Shown piece after piece: positions 27,887-39,518 of a stretch of 64,000 nucleotides of DNA (the stretch's first letter is position 1; the number at the start of each line of letters is the position of its first letter). Under the pieces are notes generated by a model. It was not told where the DNA came from and ran no database searches. It saw only the letters and a program-made list of their open reading frames with translations. The DNA comes from Candidatus Marinacidobacterales bacterium (GTDB taxonomy: Bacteria > Acidobacteriota > Vicinamibacteria > Marinacidobacterales > SMYC01): positions 1-64,000 of the forward strand of contig CBDCYI010000011.1 of the NCBI GenBank assembly GCA_965224085.1. The letters are read 5' to 3'. Both the position numbers and the translations under genes were made by a program.

Positions 27887-28891
27887 CGTCACCGTCGCCT
27901 GGCGTCCCGCGACGCTCACGACGGTTCCGGGCTCGAAGAAATCGCGCTTGATATAGGCGAGCGCAAGGACGGCGGCGAAGCCCGGCGAGAACGCGACGCT
28001 CTTGAGCGCGCCCGCCTCTTTGCCGTACGAAGTGATCGGGGCGCCTTTAGCCACGGGCTCGTCTCCGTCGATCCGCAGGCCGACGAGCTTGCGGTTTAGG
28101 TGCCCGCGGTGTTTGAGTCGCACGACGTATTCCTGGCCGATGTAGCAACCTTTGTCGAAATGGATCGCGTCGTCGAGCCCAGCTTCGAGCGGCATGTGCG
28201 CGTCGTCCATGTCTATGCCGAAGCGCGGGTGCCCGGCTTCGATCCGGCGCACTTCCGCGAGCTCCGGACTGCCGATGACGGCGCCCTCCCCGAGGGCTTT
28301 TTCCGCGAGAGAAACCGCTTCGTTCGGCGGCGCGGCGACGTCGAATCGCGGGCTCGAGGCGTTTCGGATCGCCGTGACGCGGGCTAATCCGATCGAGCGA
28401 AAGCCGAGGTGGGGGAGCTCTTCGAGCTCTGATGCGGCGCAGCCCGTCAATATAGATAGAAGCGCCGCGGAGGCCGGCCCCTCGAGCGAAAAGGCGGACT
28501 CGTCGAGAAGCGAGAGCGCTACGTCTTCCGAGATGATGTAGCGCGACAGGCCTTGCTTCAACGATTCGGCCCGAAACGCCTCTACTTCCAACACAAAGCG
28601 CTCGCCGTCGCGGTAGACCGTCACGTCGGAGACGAGCTTGCCTTTTGTGGTCAGAAACGTTGCGGGCGTGCCGTGGAGTGGGCCGAGCTTCTTGATGTGG
28701 GCGCTGAGCATGTTGTGGAGAAAGCTCTCACCGTCCTTTCCGGCCGCTTCGATGCGGGCCCGGTGAGAACGATCGAAGATCGCTACCGTCTCCGAGGCGG
28801 CGCGGTATTGCGCCTCGAAGCTCTGCGTAATGTTCTTTAAGAGCTCGGCAAGTCGACTTTCCGGTGTGGCGCGCGTGCCGTTGCCCGTCAT
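27866..28891 (-). CDS. ygfZ: YgfZ/GcvT-like folate-binding protein
   Basis: KGCYIGQE signature; RIEAG.P. Confidence 0.88.
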   Translation of the reverse strand: MTGNGTRATPESRLAELLKNITQSFEAQYRAASETVAIFDRSHRARIEAAGKDGESFLHNMLSAHIKKLGPLHGTPATFLTTKGKLVSDVTVYRDGERFVLEVEAFRAESLKQGLSRYIISEDVALSLLDESAFSLEGPASAALLSILTGCAASELEELPHLGFRSIGLARVTAIRNASSPRFDVAAPPNEAVSLAEKALGEGAVIGSPELAEVRRIEAGHPRFGIDMDDAHMPLEAGLDDAIHFDKGCYIGQEYVVRLKHRGHLNRKLVGLRIDGDEPVAKGAPITSYGKEAGALKSVAFSPGFAAVLALAYIKRDFFEPGTVVSVAGRQATVTSLPFKR

Positions 28892-28932
28892 GGAACGTAC
28901 TATACTAGAGCGCCCTTGTGAGGAGAAACGGC

Positions 28933-30159
28933 ATGGATTTTCCCCTAGATTACGTCCGCGGACGCTTTACGGCGCTCGACCATCCGGACGAAGTCTATTT
29001 TGCCGGGGTCGCTGCGCCCAGGGCGCTGGCTGCGGTCAAATCGTGCGAAGAGAACGGTTTCGGCCGAGACGCCCATTCGCTTTTAACGGATACGCGCGAG
29101 AGTCTCGCTTTTTTTCTGAACTCGAACGTGGATTGGGCCGAGGAGGAGATCTGGATCGGTCCCGATGCGGCGGAGATGACGACGCGTTTGAGTCTCGCTC
29201 TCGCGTCCGAGCTGGAGCCAAAATCGGAGATCCTCATCACCGAGCTCGAGGAGGAAAAGAGCTTGGCACCCTGGCTCGGACTCGACGAGCGCGGCATGAA
29301 GATCGTCCCGTGGCCCGTCAAACGGCCTAGCGCCGGGATCGACACCGGCGCGTTCGCCTCTTTCTTGACGGAACAGACGCGCCTCGTCGTGATGGCGAAG
29401 TGCTCGGCTGCGGTCGGGACCGTGGTGGAGCTACTGCCGGTCGCTCTCGGTGTTCAGGATCACGCGAGCTCGCTCTTGGTCAACTGGTCCTCGTTTCTTC
29501 CTCATGGCGCCATCGACGTGCGGTTTCTGAGAGCGGACTTCGTAGTGGCCTCGACGCGCACTTTCTTCGGTTCGAATGTCGGCTTCGTCTGGGGCAAGCG
29601 CGAGCGGATGCAGAAGCTCCGCGACGCGTCGCCGGAGCTCTTCGAAGGCCCTGAGCTCGGCGCCAAAGCGCTCGCTGGATTCCGCGCCGCCCTCCGCTAT
29701 GTCGAAGAGCTGGGTCTTTTGACTCGAGACATGCAGTTGCAGCCTTCGGAGGATTACGATCGCCGGCGTCACATGCGCCGCGGAATGCAAGTCATCCGGC
29801 ACTATGAGCGCACGCTGACGGCGCTCATGATGCGTCGACTCAACGGTGTTGCCGGTGTAACCGTCTACGGCATTCGCGACGACGCTGCGGCGGCCCACAG
29901 GCTGCCTCATCTGTTCTTTCGCATCGAGGGACGAGCGCCCGCGCAAGTCGCGGCCGCTCTCGGCGAGCGCCATATCCGTGTGAGCCATGGAAATTGCGGC
30001 GCCCCGAGACTCATGAAAGCGCTCGGACTTCCGGATGACGAGGGCGCGGTATCCGCGACGCTCCTCCATTACACAGCGAGCGCGACATCGAACGCTTCGC
30101 CGACGCACTCCACGATATCGCCCATGACGCCTGACCTCGCGCCCTCATTCACCGGATGA
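28933..30159 (+). CDS. Class V aminotransferase / cysteine-desulfurase-like protein with degenerate PLP site; probable frameshift near the 3' end
   Basis: VRGRFTAL...VYF, PHGAIDV...ADFVVASTRTFFG; adding one A at ~30072 gives HYNSERDIERFADAL, stop at 30134. Confidence 0.75.
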   Translation: MDFPLDYVRGRFTALDHPDEVYFAGVAAPRALAAVKSCEENGFGRDAHSLLTDTRESLAFFLNSNVDWAEEEIWIGPDAAEMTTRLSLALASELEPKSEILITELEEEKSLAPWLGLDERGMKIVPWPVKRPSAGIDTGAFASFLTEQTRLVVMAKCSAAVGTVVELLPVALGVQDHASSLLVNWSSFLPHGAIDVRFLRADFVVASTRTFFGSNVGFVWGKRERMQKLRDASPELFEGPELGAKALAGFRAALRYVEELGLLTRDMQLQPSEDYDRRRHMRRGMQVIRHYERTLTALMMRRLNGVAGVTVYGIRDDAAAAHRLPHLFFRIEGRAPAQVAAALGERHIRVSHGNCGAPRLMKALGLPDDEGAVSATLLHYTASATSNASPTHSTISPMTPDLAPSFTG

Positions 30160-30163
30160 TGAT

Positions 30164-30529
30164 TTGAAGATACTGGCGGACCCCTTTTTTCCAGAGGCGA
30201 TCGTCCAAGATCTGAACGAAGCGGGATATGACGCGGTGCACTCGGTCGAGATCGGCGCCTCGGATCTACCCGTCCGTGAGTTTCTCCGACTCGCGGCTTT
30301 CGAGTCGCGCATCGTTGTGACGCGCAATCGGAGCCTCGCGCAGCTCGTCGAGTCCGACACCGGCGCTTGGCCGTCGGTCATCTTCTTTCGACAGGATTCG
30401 ATGGAGCACCATCAGGTCACGTCGACGCTATTCAATTTACTGAAGTTGTTCGATGATGACTTGAAAGACGGTGCGCTCGTGATCGTGCGGGAAGGACAGA
30501 CGCTTCTTCGAAAGTTCACGAAGCCTTAG
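30164..30529 (+). CDS. DUF5615 PIN-like protein with degenerate acidic site
   Basis: MKILAD...AGYDAVH...RIVVT...PSVIFFR...GALVIV. Confidence 0.7.
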   Translation: MKILADPFFPEAIVQDLNEAGYDAVHSVEIGASDLPVREFLRLAAFESRIVVTRNRSLAQLVESDTGAWPSVIFFRQDSMEHHQVTSTLFNLLKLFDDDLKDGALVIVREGQTLLRKFTKP

Positions 30530-30535
30530 CCGCGG

Positions 30536-30700
30536 CTAGTCCCCTGGAACAGAGGTTCGTGGCCTAAAGCTCGAGGTCATTTTGTGGGCTGGCAAGGCGC
30601 GACGACGAAGTCATATTGGGATATTTCGAGGAGAAACAACGCAGCCAGCGCGCAAAAGGGCCCGAGATTTAGGTTACGAATCTCTGTTCCAGGGGGCTAG
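30536..30700. mobile_element. CTAG-bounded palindromic MITE/REP-like element (165 bp)
   Basis: Arms CTAGTCCCCTGGAACAGAGGTTCGTGGCCTAAAGCTCG and (rc) CTAGCCCCCTGGAACAGAGATTCGTAACCTAAATCTCG; no real ORF. Confidence 0.8.
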
Positions 30701-30779
30701 GGACTCTAGAGTACATCCTAAGGCCCTTCAGGTAAACTCTTACGTCGACGCAAGCAAACGCTTATAATGCGCCGCGCCC

Positions 30780-32039
30780 ATGGACGACGTTTTCTACTTT
30801 GGCGAGGACGGCTTAAAAGTCGATGAAGTCTCGATTGCCCGGCTGGCGGAGTCGGTCCCGACACCCTTCTATGTATATGGGGTCTCGGCCCTCGTGGAGC
30901 GCTTTCGCGCGCTCGATCGCGCCTTCGAAGGGTTCGCGCACCTGCACTGCGTGGCGCTCAAAGCGAATAGCCAGCCGGCACTTCTCAGGCCGCTTATCGC
31001 GGAAGGGGCAGGCGCCGAGGTCGTCTCCGGTGCGGAGCTCGCGCTCGCGCTCGCGCTCGGCTTTTCACCGTCGCGCATCGTGTTCTCGGGCGTTGGCAAA
31101 ACCGAGCAAGAGCTGCGCGCGGGTCTCGAGGCGGATATTTGCGTGTTTCTTGTCGAGTCGGAGAGCGAGCTCAGGGTGCTGAACGAGCTTGCCGCCTCCG
31201 ATGGACGGAAAGGCCGCGTTGCGCTCCGGCTGAACCCGGATATCGACCCGGGCACGCACCCGCACATCGCCACGGGGGTCACGACGGCCAAATTCGGCGT
31301 GGACGCGGTCGAGGCCGAGCGGCTCTATGCGGCCCACGAAGAATTAGCCCATCTCGAGTTCGTGGGGATCCACTCGCATATCGGCTCGCAGATCACGTCG
31401 ATGGAGCCCCTCACCGAGAACGCCCAGACACTCGCGACATGGATACGCAAATTGCGAGACCAAGGCGTCCCGCTGCGCTATGTCGATATCGGGGGCGGGG
31501 TCGGCATCCCGTATGAGGGCGAAGAGACTCCGAGCTTCGATACCTATGCCAAGGGTGTCATCGAGCCGCTCGCGGAGCTCGATGTCGAGATTCTCACCGA
31601 GCCTGGCCGCGTGTTGCTCGGCCCCGTGGGCGCATTCATCGTGCGGGTGCTCTATGTGAAAAATGTGCACGGGCGCAACTTTGCCGTGGTCGATGCTGGA
31701 ATCAACGACCTCATCCGCCCCGCCTTCTATAGCGCTTATCATCGTGTCGTTCCCGTTGCGGCTAGCGGGAGTGGCGCGACGAGGCCAGTCGATATCGTCG
31801 GCGCGGTGTGCGAGAGCTCGGATGTATTCGCGCGCAACCGGGAGCTCCCCGAGCTCAGCCGTTCCGACATCCTTGCGATTTTGGACACGGGCGCATACGG
31901 TTTCGCGATGGCCTCGAACTACAATTTGAGACCGCGCCCGGCGGAAGTCGTCGTGGAAGGCGCCGAGCACCGCATCGTGCGCGCGGCGGAAACGGAGAGG
32001 GAGCTCGTCAATCGTGAGCTCGGGAAGGCAAACGCGTGA
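30780..32039 (+). CDS. lysA: Diaminopimelate decarboxylase
   Basis: ALKAN, HSHIGSQ, DIGGG, EPGR, GAVCESSD, GAYG...SNYN. Confidence 0.95.
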   Translation: MDDVFYFGEDGLKVDEVSIARLAESVPTPFYVYGVSALVERFRALDRAFEGFAHLHCVALKANSQPALLRPLIAEGAGAEVVSGAELALALALGFSPSRIVFSGVGKTEQELRAGLEADICVFLVESESELRVLNELAASDGRKGRVALRLNPDIDPGTHPHIATGVTTAKFGVDAVEAERLYAAHEELAHLEFVGIHSHIGSQITSMEPLTENAQTLATWIRKLRDQGVPLRYVDIGGGVGIPYEGEETPSFDTYAKGVIEPLAELDVEILTEPGRVLLGPVGAFIVRVLYVKNVHGRNFAVVDAGINDLIRPAFYSAYHRVVPVAASGSGATRPVDIVGAVCESSDVFARNRELPELSRSDILAILDTGAYGFAMASNYNLRPRPAEVVVEGAEHRIVRAAETERELVNRELGKANA

Positions 32040-32539
32040 CGACCTATCGTCCCCTGCTTTTGATGCTTCTCGTCGTGATCGTGGCGGCGTCTTTGGTGTT
32101 CTTTTTGCTCGGCGAACCGTCTTGGGCGGACGCGGGTTGGGCTCTTTTCCTCGTGGTGCTTTGGAGTCCGGTAAAGGGCGTGACCTATCGCCGTCTCGGC
32201 GGGAAGCTGCCCTATCTCGGTGCTCTCCTCGGCAGTATTTCGTGGCAGGCTGTGGGGCTTCCGATCGACTTGGACTCGTTCTGGGTCATCATGGGCGTGA
32301 GCTTTCTCGTCGGGGTAGCGATCGAGACGCTCGCGCTCGCGGCGACGGGCGCGGCACCGAATTTCGCGCGCTGTTTGTTCCTCGCGCTCTATGGAAGCCT
32401 GATCGTGCACCTCATTCAAGTAGGATGGTTCGCATCGCAGCGCAGCGTGGCCCTCGGCGTTCCGTTCCTTCTCGCCGGGATTTTCTTGTTCTTCACTCCG
32501 GCCTTTTACGCCGACCGTTTCGCTCAGGAACCGCGGTGA
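32036..32539 (+). CDS. Hypothetical multi-pass membrane protein
   Basis: Hydrophobic ORF overlapping the lysA stop (GTGA). Confidence 0.7.
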   Translation: MTTYRPLLLMLLVVIVAASLVFFLLGEPSWADAGWALFLVVLWSPVKGVTYRRLGGKLPYLGALLGSISWQAVGLPIDLDSFWVIMGVSFLVGVAIETLALAATGAAPNFARCLFLALYGSLIVHLIQVGWFASQRSVALGVPFLLAGIFLFFTPAFYADRFAQEPR

Positions 32540-32603
32540 GCCCCCGACTTTGCCAAGGCTTCGTCGGGGCCCGAAGGGCGAAGGCGAGCGCATTAGGGCA
32601 GTG

Positions 32604-34049
32604 ATGCCGAAAGCGGGCCTGAGCCGTGAGCTCGGCCTGCTCGGTCTCGTGGCCACCGGTGTTTGCGCCATGCTAGGCGCGGGCGTCAACGTCGTGCCTT
32701 TCATGATCCAAAGGAACGTGCCCGGCATCGGTCCATCGGTGCTCTTCGCCTATGTCCTTGCGATCTTCCCCGCGCTCTTGGCGGCCTTTTGCTATGCGAT
32801 GCTTGCCTCGGCTATGCCACGTGCGGGTGGAAGCTACGTCTTCGCGAGCCGGAGCCTCTGTCCCTATCTCGGTTTCGTGGCGAGCTTCTCGCAATGGTTC
32901 GGTCTTTCTATGGCCATTGGAGTGGTCTCTTACGTACTCGTGCCGTTTCTTCGCGATCTCGCCGAGGCGGTGTCGCTCACCAATATTGCCGCGCTCCTCG
33001 AGCATGGGCCGGTCCGCGTTGTGCTGCCGCTCGCGTTTTTGTGGCTGTTCACCGGCGTCAATCTGCTCGGTACGAAGTTCTACGAGCGGACGCTCGTCCC
33101 GCTCATGATATTGATGTTCGCGGGTGGCCTCGTCGCCATTCCTGCTGGGTTCTCTTTCACCCACGAAGATTTTGCCGCCGCTGTAAAGCTCCAGGAAGGC
33201 GTGGCGATTGCCCTCCCCGAGCGCGTGCCCTTCGACTGGGGTCCCGTGCTCACCGCCTCGGTGCTCTTGTTCTCGAGCTTCATCGGGTTCGACTCCGTTG
33301 CTCAAGCGGGCGGTGAGGCGAAGCGGCCTGGGCGCAACCTTCCTCTCGCGATTTGCATCACCATCACGACGGTCGGCGCCTACTACATCGCCTTTACCGC
33401 CGCCATCTACCACGCCGTGCCGTGGACCTTCATCGCGGAGCGCGCCATCACGACCGATCTCACCGCGCCTGGGCTGCTCGGCTATCTGATGTCGCCAGGG
33501 TGGACCGTTTTGATCGTCGCGGCGGCCACGATTGCGCTCGCGAACGATCTGCCCGCGATGATCCTTTCCGTGTCGCGCCTCGTTTTCGCTTGGGCAGAAG
33601 ACGGGATCTTCCCGGCCGCCTTCGCGACTATCAACACGCGCTACCGCACACCCCACTGGGCGATTCTGCTGAGCAGTGCTGCTGCCTCCGTGGGTATCGT
33701 TGGCAATCACGTATCGGGAGATTTCTTCCTTGGCGTCGATTTGCTCGTCACGGCCATGCTCGTGAATTTTTTCTTGATGGCCATCTCCGTGATCGCGCTC
33801 AGAAAGAAGAATCCTGCAATCGCAAACAATATCCAATTCATGCGCTCGCGTTTGCTGCAGCTCGCTGTGGCCGTCTCCGCGAGCATTCTTCTGTTCACCC
33901 TCACCATCATCCAGGTGGTGAAGGACCTTTCGACGCACGCGGATGCGTGGTATTTCCACGCCTTTTATACCTATCTTGTCGTGCTCGGTGTCGGCTCTCT
34001 CATCTATGCCTATCGCGTGGCGAGGATGCGCGGGGAAGGGATCGACTAG
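32604..34049 (+). CDS. APC family amino acid permease; possible frameshift in the last codons
   Basis: LSRELGL, GAG, MPRAGGSY, GFDSVAQAGGEAK.P, SRLVFAWAEDG; alternative tail LESRFARLPDQ ends at 34081. Confidence 0.9.
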   Translation: MPKAGLSRELGLLGLVATGVCAMLGAGVNVVPFMIQRNVPGIGPSVLFAYVLAIFPALLAAFCYAMLASAMPRAGGSYVFASRSLCPYLGFVASFSQWFGLSMAIGVVSYVLVPFLRDLAEAVSLTNIAALLEHGPVRVVLPLAFLWLFTGVNLLGTKFYERTLVPLMILMFAGGLVAIPAGFSFTHEDFAAAVKLQEGVAIALPERVPFDWGPVLTASVLLFSSFIGFDSVAQAGGEAKRPGRNLPLAICITITTVGAYYIAFTAAIYHAVPWTFIAERAITTDLTAPGLLGYLMSPGWTVLIVAAATIALANDLPAMILSVSRLVFAWAEDGIFPAAFATINTRYRTPHWAILLSSAAASVGIVGNHVSGDFFLGVDLLVTAMLVNFFLMAISVIALRKKNPAIANNIQFMRSRLLQLAVAVSASILLFTLTIIQVVKDLSTHADAWYFHAFYTYLVVLGVGSLIYAYRVARMRGEGID

Positions 34050-34126
34050 AATCTCGCTTCGCCAGACTTCCCGATCAGTGAGCCCTAGGCTGCCTAGCCG
34101 GTAACAACTCGGATTGCGGGAAAGAC

Positions 34127-35383
34127 TTAGAGCGAGCGCGGTCTCGTTTTGGCGATGGCGAGATCCCGGATGGCCTCGGTGAGCTCGTCCGCCTCGGGTG
34201 GATCGAGCCGCCCATCTGTGCTCAGCTGGACGTAAATGCGGAGAACACCGAAGAGGTCGCGCCAGCCCAGGTTACCGTCCTCGTTCAAAGCGGACAGCGC
34301 GTCGAAGGCGGCCGCGAGGCGAGCTCCGTCGTCATCCTCAGTCGCCGTGAGCTGTTGCTCGCTTTGAATCTTCAGTCCCTGAATCACGCTTTCGTGAATC
34401 CGCGTGGGGTACATGCTGTACACCGATGCGACAAAAAGACTCATGAGAACGACGACACCGAGAACGATGGACGCGCCGACGACGAGCCAGCCGAGGCGGC
34501 GCTTGTCCCGTGGCACGGAGGCAAGCTCCTGTGAAAGAGAAACGGAGCTTCTGGGAACGTCCAAGCGCGCCGGGCTTTCGGCGTGTCCTTCTGACTTCAG
34601 TGGGAGGTTCGGCTCGGGGTCTAACCGGCGGAAGTAGTACGCGCACGTCAAACCAAAAATCGCGAGTGCTGGGAGAAGGGTCGCCGGCGGGATCCATAGA
34701 GGCTCGCCGAGCGTGTCGAGATCGGCGATATTGATGAGCAAGAGCCCGGCGACGTTATGGGTGAAGTGCACGACGATAGGGACGAGGATGCTCCGCGTCG
34801 CAAGTGCTACGAAGCCAAGCACGATTCCCGCCGCGGCGATGGCCGGGATCGGCAGAAAATGGATCAACATGAACAGAAAGGACGTCCAGAGCACGGCTCG
34901 GCTCCGCGACATGGCTCGCAGAAAGCTTGTCTGGATGAAACCGCGAAACATCAGCTCTTCGGAGACGGCCGCACCCACGCCGATCGTCCCGATTTTCAAC
35001 AGCCACTCGACCGGGCTTTCGGCTTGCATCATGCGTCGCGTCTCTTGGGCGATCTCTTCGGGCAATGCGAAGAACTCTTCCGTGAGAAGAGACAGTTGAT
35101 CGCCGAGAATGAAAAAAGAGATCGCGAGCGGGAACGCCATGAAAAAGTCGGCGCGGGATGGAAGCCGCAGGAGCAGCGTCTCCGGTAAATCGACGCGAAG
35201 TCGGATTGCGGTAGCCACCGTGAGCAGCAACATCAAGCTGGGCGTCACGATGAGAACGGCGTTCTCCGACACGTTCAGGGCGTTGAATAGAAAAATGGCC
35301 GCGACGTGGACGAGCAGCACGGTCATGTAGAGGCCGACGCCGGCTGCTGGCGACGGGATGCTCGATCGCTCCTTGAGGCTCAT
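34127..35383 (-). CDS. CPBP (CAAX/Abi) intramembrane metalloprotease with C-terminal extension
   Basis: EELMFRG, FMLIH, HFTHN motifs. Confidence 0.85.
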   Translation of the reverse strand: MSLKERSSIPSPAAGVGLYMTVLLVHVAAIFLFNALNVSENAVLIVTPSLMLLLTVATAIRLRVDLPETLLLRLPSRADFFMAFPLAISFFILGDQLSLLTEEFFALPEEIAQETRRMMQAESPVEWLLKIGTIGVGAAVSEELMFRGFIQTSFLRAMSRSRAVLWTSFLFMLIHFLPIPAIAAAGIVLGFVALATRSILVPIVVHFTHNVAGLLLINIADLDTLGEPLWIPPATLLPALAIFGLTCAYYFRRLDPEPNLPLKSEGHAESPARLDVPRSSVSLSQELASVPRDKRRLGWLVVGASIVLGVVVLMSLFVASVYSMYPTRIHESVIQGLKIQSEQQLTATEDDDGARLAAAFDALSALNEDGNLGWRDLFGVLRIYVQLSTDGRLDPPEADELTEAIRDLAIAKTRPRSL

Positions 35384-35488
35384 GGTCTCGACTACTATAG
35401 ACCAAGGCACATTTTTAATAGTTGGTCGGGGGTTGGACGATGACGGGTGTTTGATATAAGCTCGTATAACTTGTGTCCTATCATTTAG

Positions 35489-36029
35489 TGTCTCTTCCGG
35501 GGATGGTCGAAACCCCTCGCCTTTAGGCGAAGAGAAGATCGTGGTATTGTGGTCGCGTGCGTCACTACAGGCACGGAGCGCACACGAAAACGGACCTAAA
35601 AGCGCACATCGTTTGGATACCGAAATATCGTAAAAAGGTTTTGATCGGTCCAGTAGCGGTTCGTGTGCGCGATCTGATTCGTCAGATCGCGATGGAACAT
35701 GAGCTGCACATAATCTCGGGTAAGGTTGCACGCGACCACGTCCACGTGTTCGTATCCTACCGACCACACCAGGACCTTGAGTACGATCGTGCAGTGGCTA
35801 AAAGGAATAAGCTCCCGAGTACTCCTTCAGGAGTTTGCTCACCTGAGGAAGAAGTTTTGGGGCCGGCACTTCTGGGCCCGAGGATATCTGGCGGTGAGTT
35901 CAGGAAGCATAACGGACGAGATGGTAAAGGAGTACATAGACTCCCAGGATGGCGAGCCTCTTCACGACGACAGTCAATTTCCAATTGACAGCCCTTGAAG
36001 CCACCGCCTTCTAGGCGGTGGTTGTTCAC
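35489..36029 (+). mobile_element. IS200/IS605 family element (tnpA only)
   Basis: Subterminal hairpins TCGCCTTTAGGCGA and CCACCGCCTTCTAGGCGGTGG; right end GTTCAC; left boundary approximate. Confidence 0.85.
35557..35998 (+). pseudogene. tnpA: IS200 TnpA HUH tyrosine transposase, frameshifted at ~35775
   Basis: HIVWIPKYRKKVL, DHVH, then in another frame LKGISSR, FWARGY, EYID. Confidence 0.9.
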
Positions 36030-36057
36030 TTGAATAGTTTAATCGGAGGTGTGCTCG

Positions 36058-39110
<3,053 letters not shown>

Positions 39111-39207
39111 ACTTATCCGTTCGCAGATGGTGGTAAGTGCCGCTCCAATCAGTTAACCTCCTCGGAGGTTGAACCTCTCATGCTGCTTGGACGTATCTAT
39201 AGCTAGT

Positions 39208-39402
39208 ATGACCAAATTCCTGCTTTGGTTGCTCTTGTTCATCCTTTGCTGGCCGCTCGCGCTGTTCGCGCTCGTCCTCTACCCGATTGTATGGCTACTT
39301 ACGCTGCCGTTCAGGCTCGTCGGTATTGCCGTCGGCGGCGCTTTCGAGCTTCTTCGCGCCATCGTGCTTCTGCCCGCGCGCCTTCTCGGCTCGCGGGTCT
39401 GA
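39208..39402 (+). CDS. Small hypothetical membrane protein
   Basis: Very hydrophobic 64-aa ORF (CWPLAL...LPFRLVG...LPARLL). Confidence 0.7.
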   Translation: MTKFLLWLLLFILCWPLALFALVLYPIVWLLTLPFRLVGIAVGGAFELLRAIVLLPARLLGSRV

Positions 39403-39447
39403 CGTGGGTCGGCGAGAAGCGCTGAAGAAGTCGCACGCCTCGCGTTA

Positions 39448-39518
39448 CTAGAGAACCTTGTTTCCGAGCTCTAGATAGCTGCTTTTTGTACGAGCTCCGA
39501 GGTCCTTTGATTCCCTAG
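39448..39518. repeat. Short CTAG-bounded imperfect inverted repeat
   Basis: CTAGAGAACC...GAGCTC and (rc) CTAGGGAATC...GAGCTC. Confidence 0.35.

Noticed and set aside
35770-35780. Programmed ribosomal frameshift in tnpA
   Set aside because: IS200 TnpA is normally a single ORF and there is no slippery sequence; one extra C explains it.
39478-39494. Resemblance to the lambda/Gateway att core (CTGCTTTTTGTAC)
   Set aside because: Short imperfect match with no integrase, phage or vector sequence nearby.
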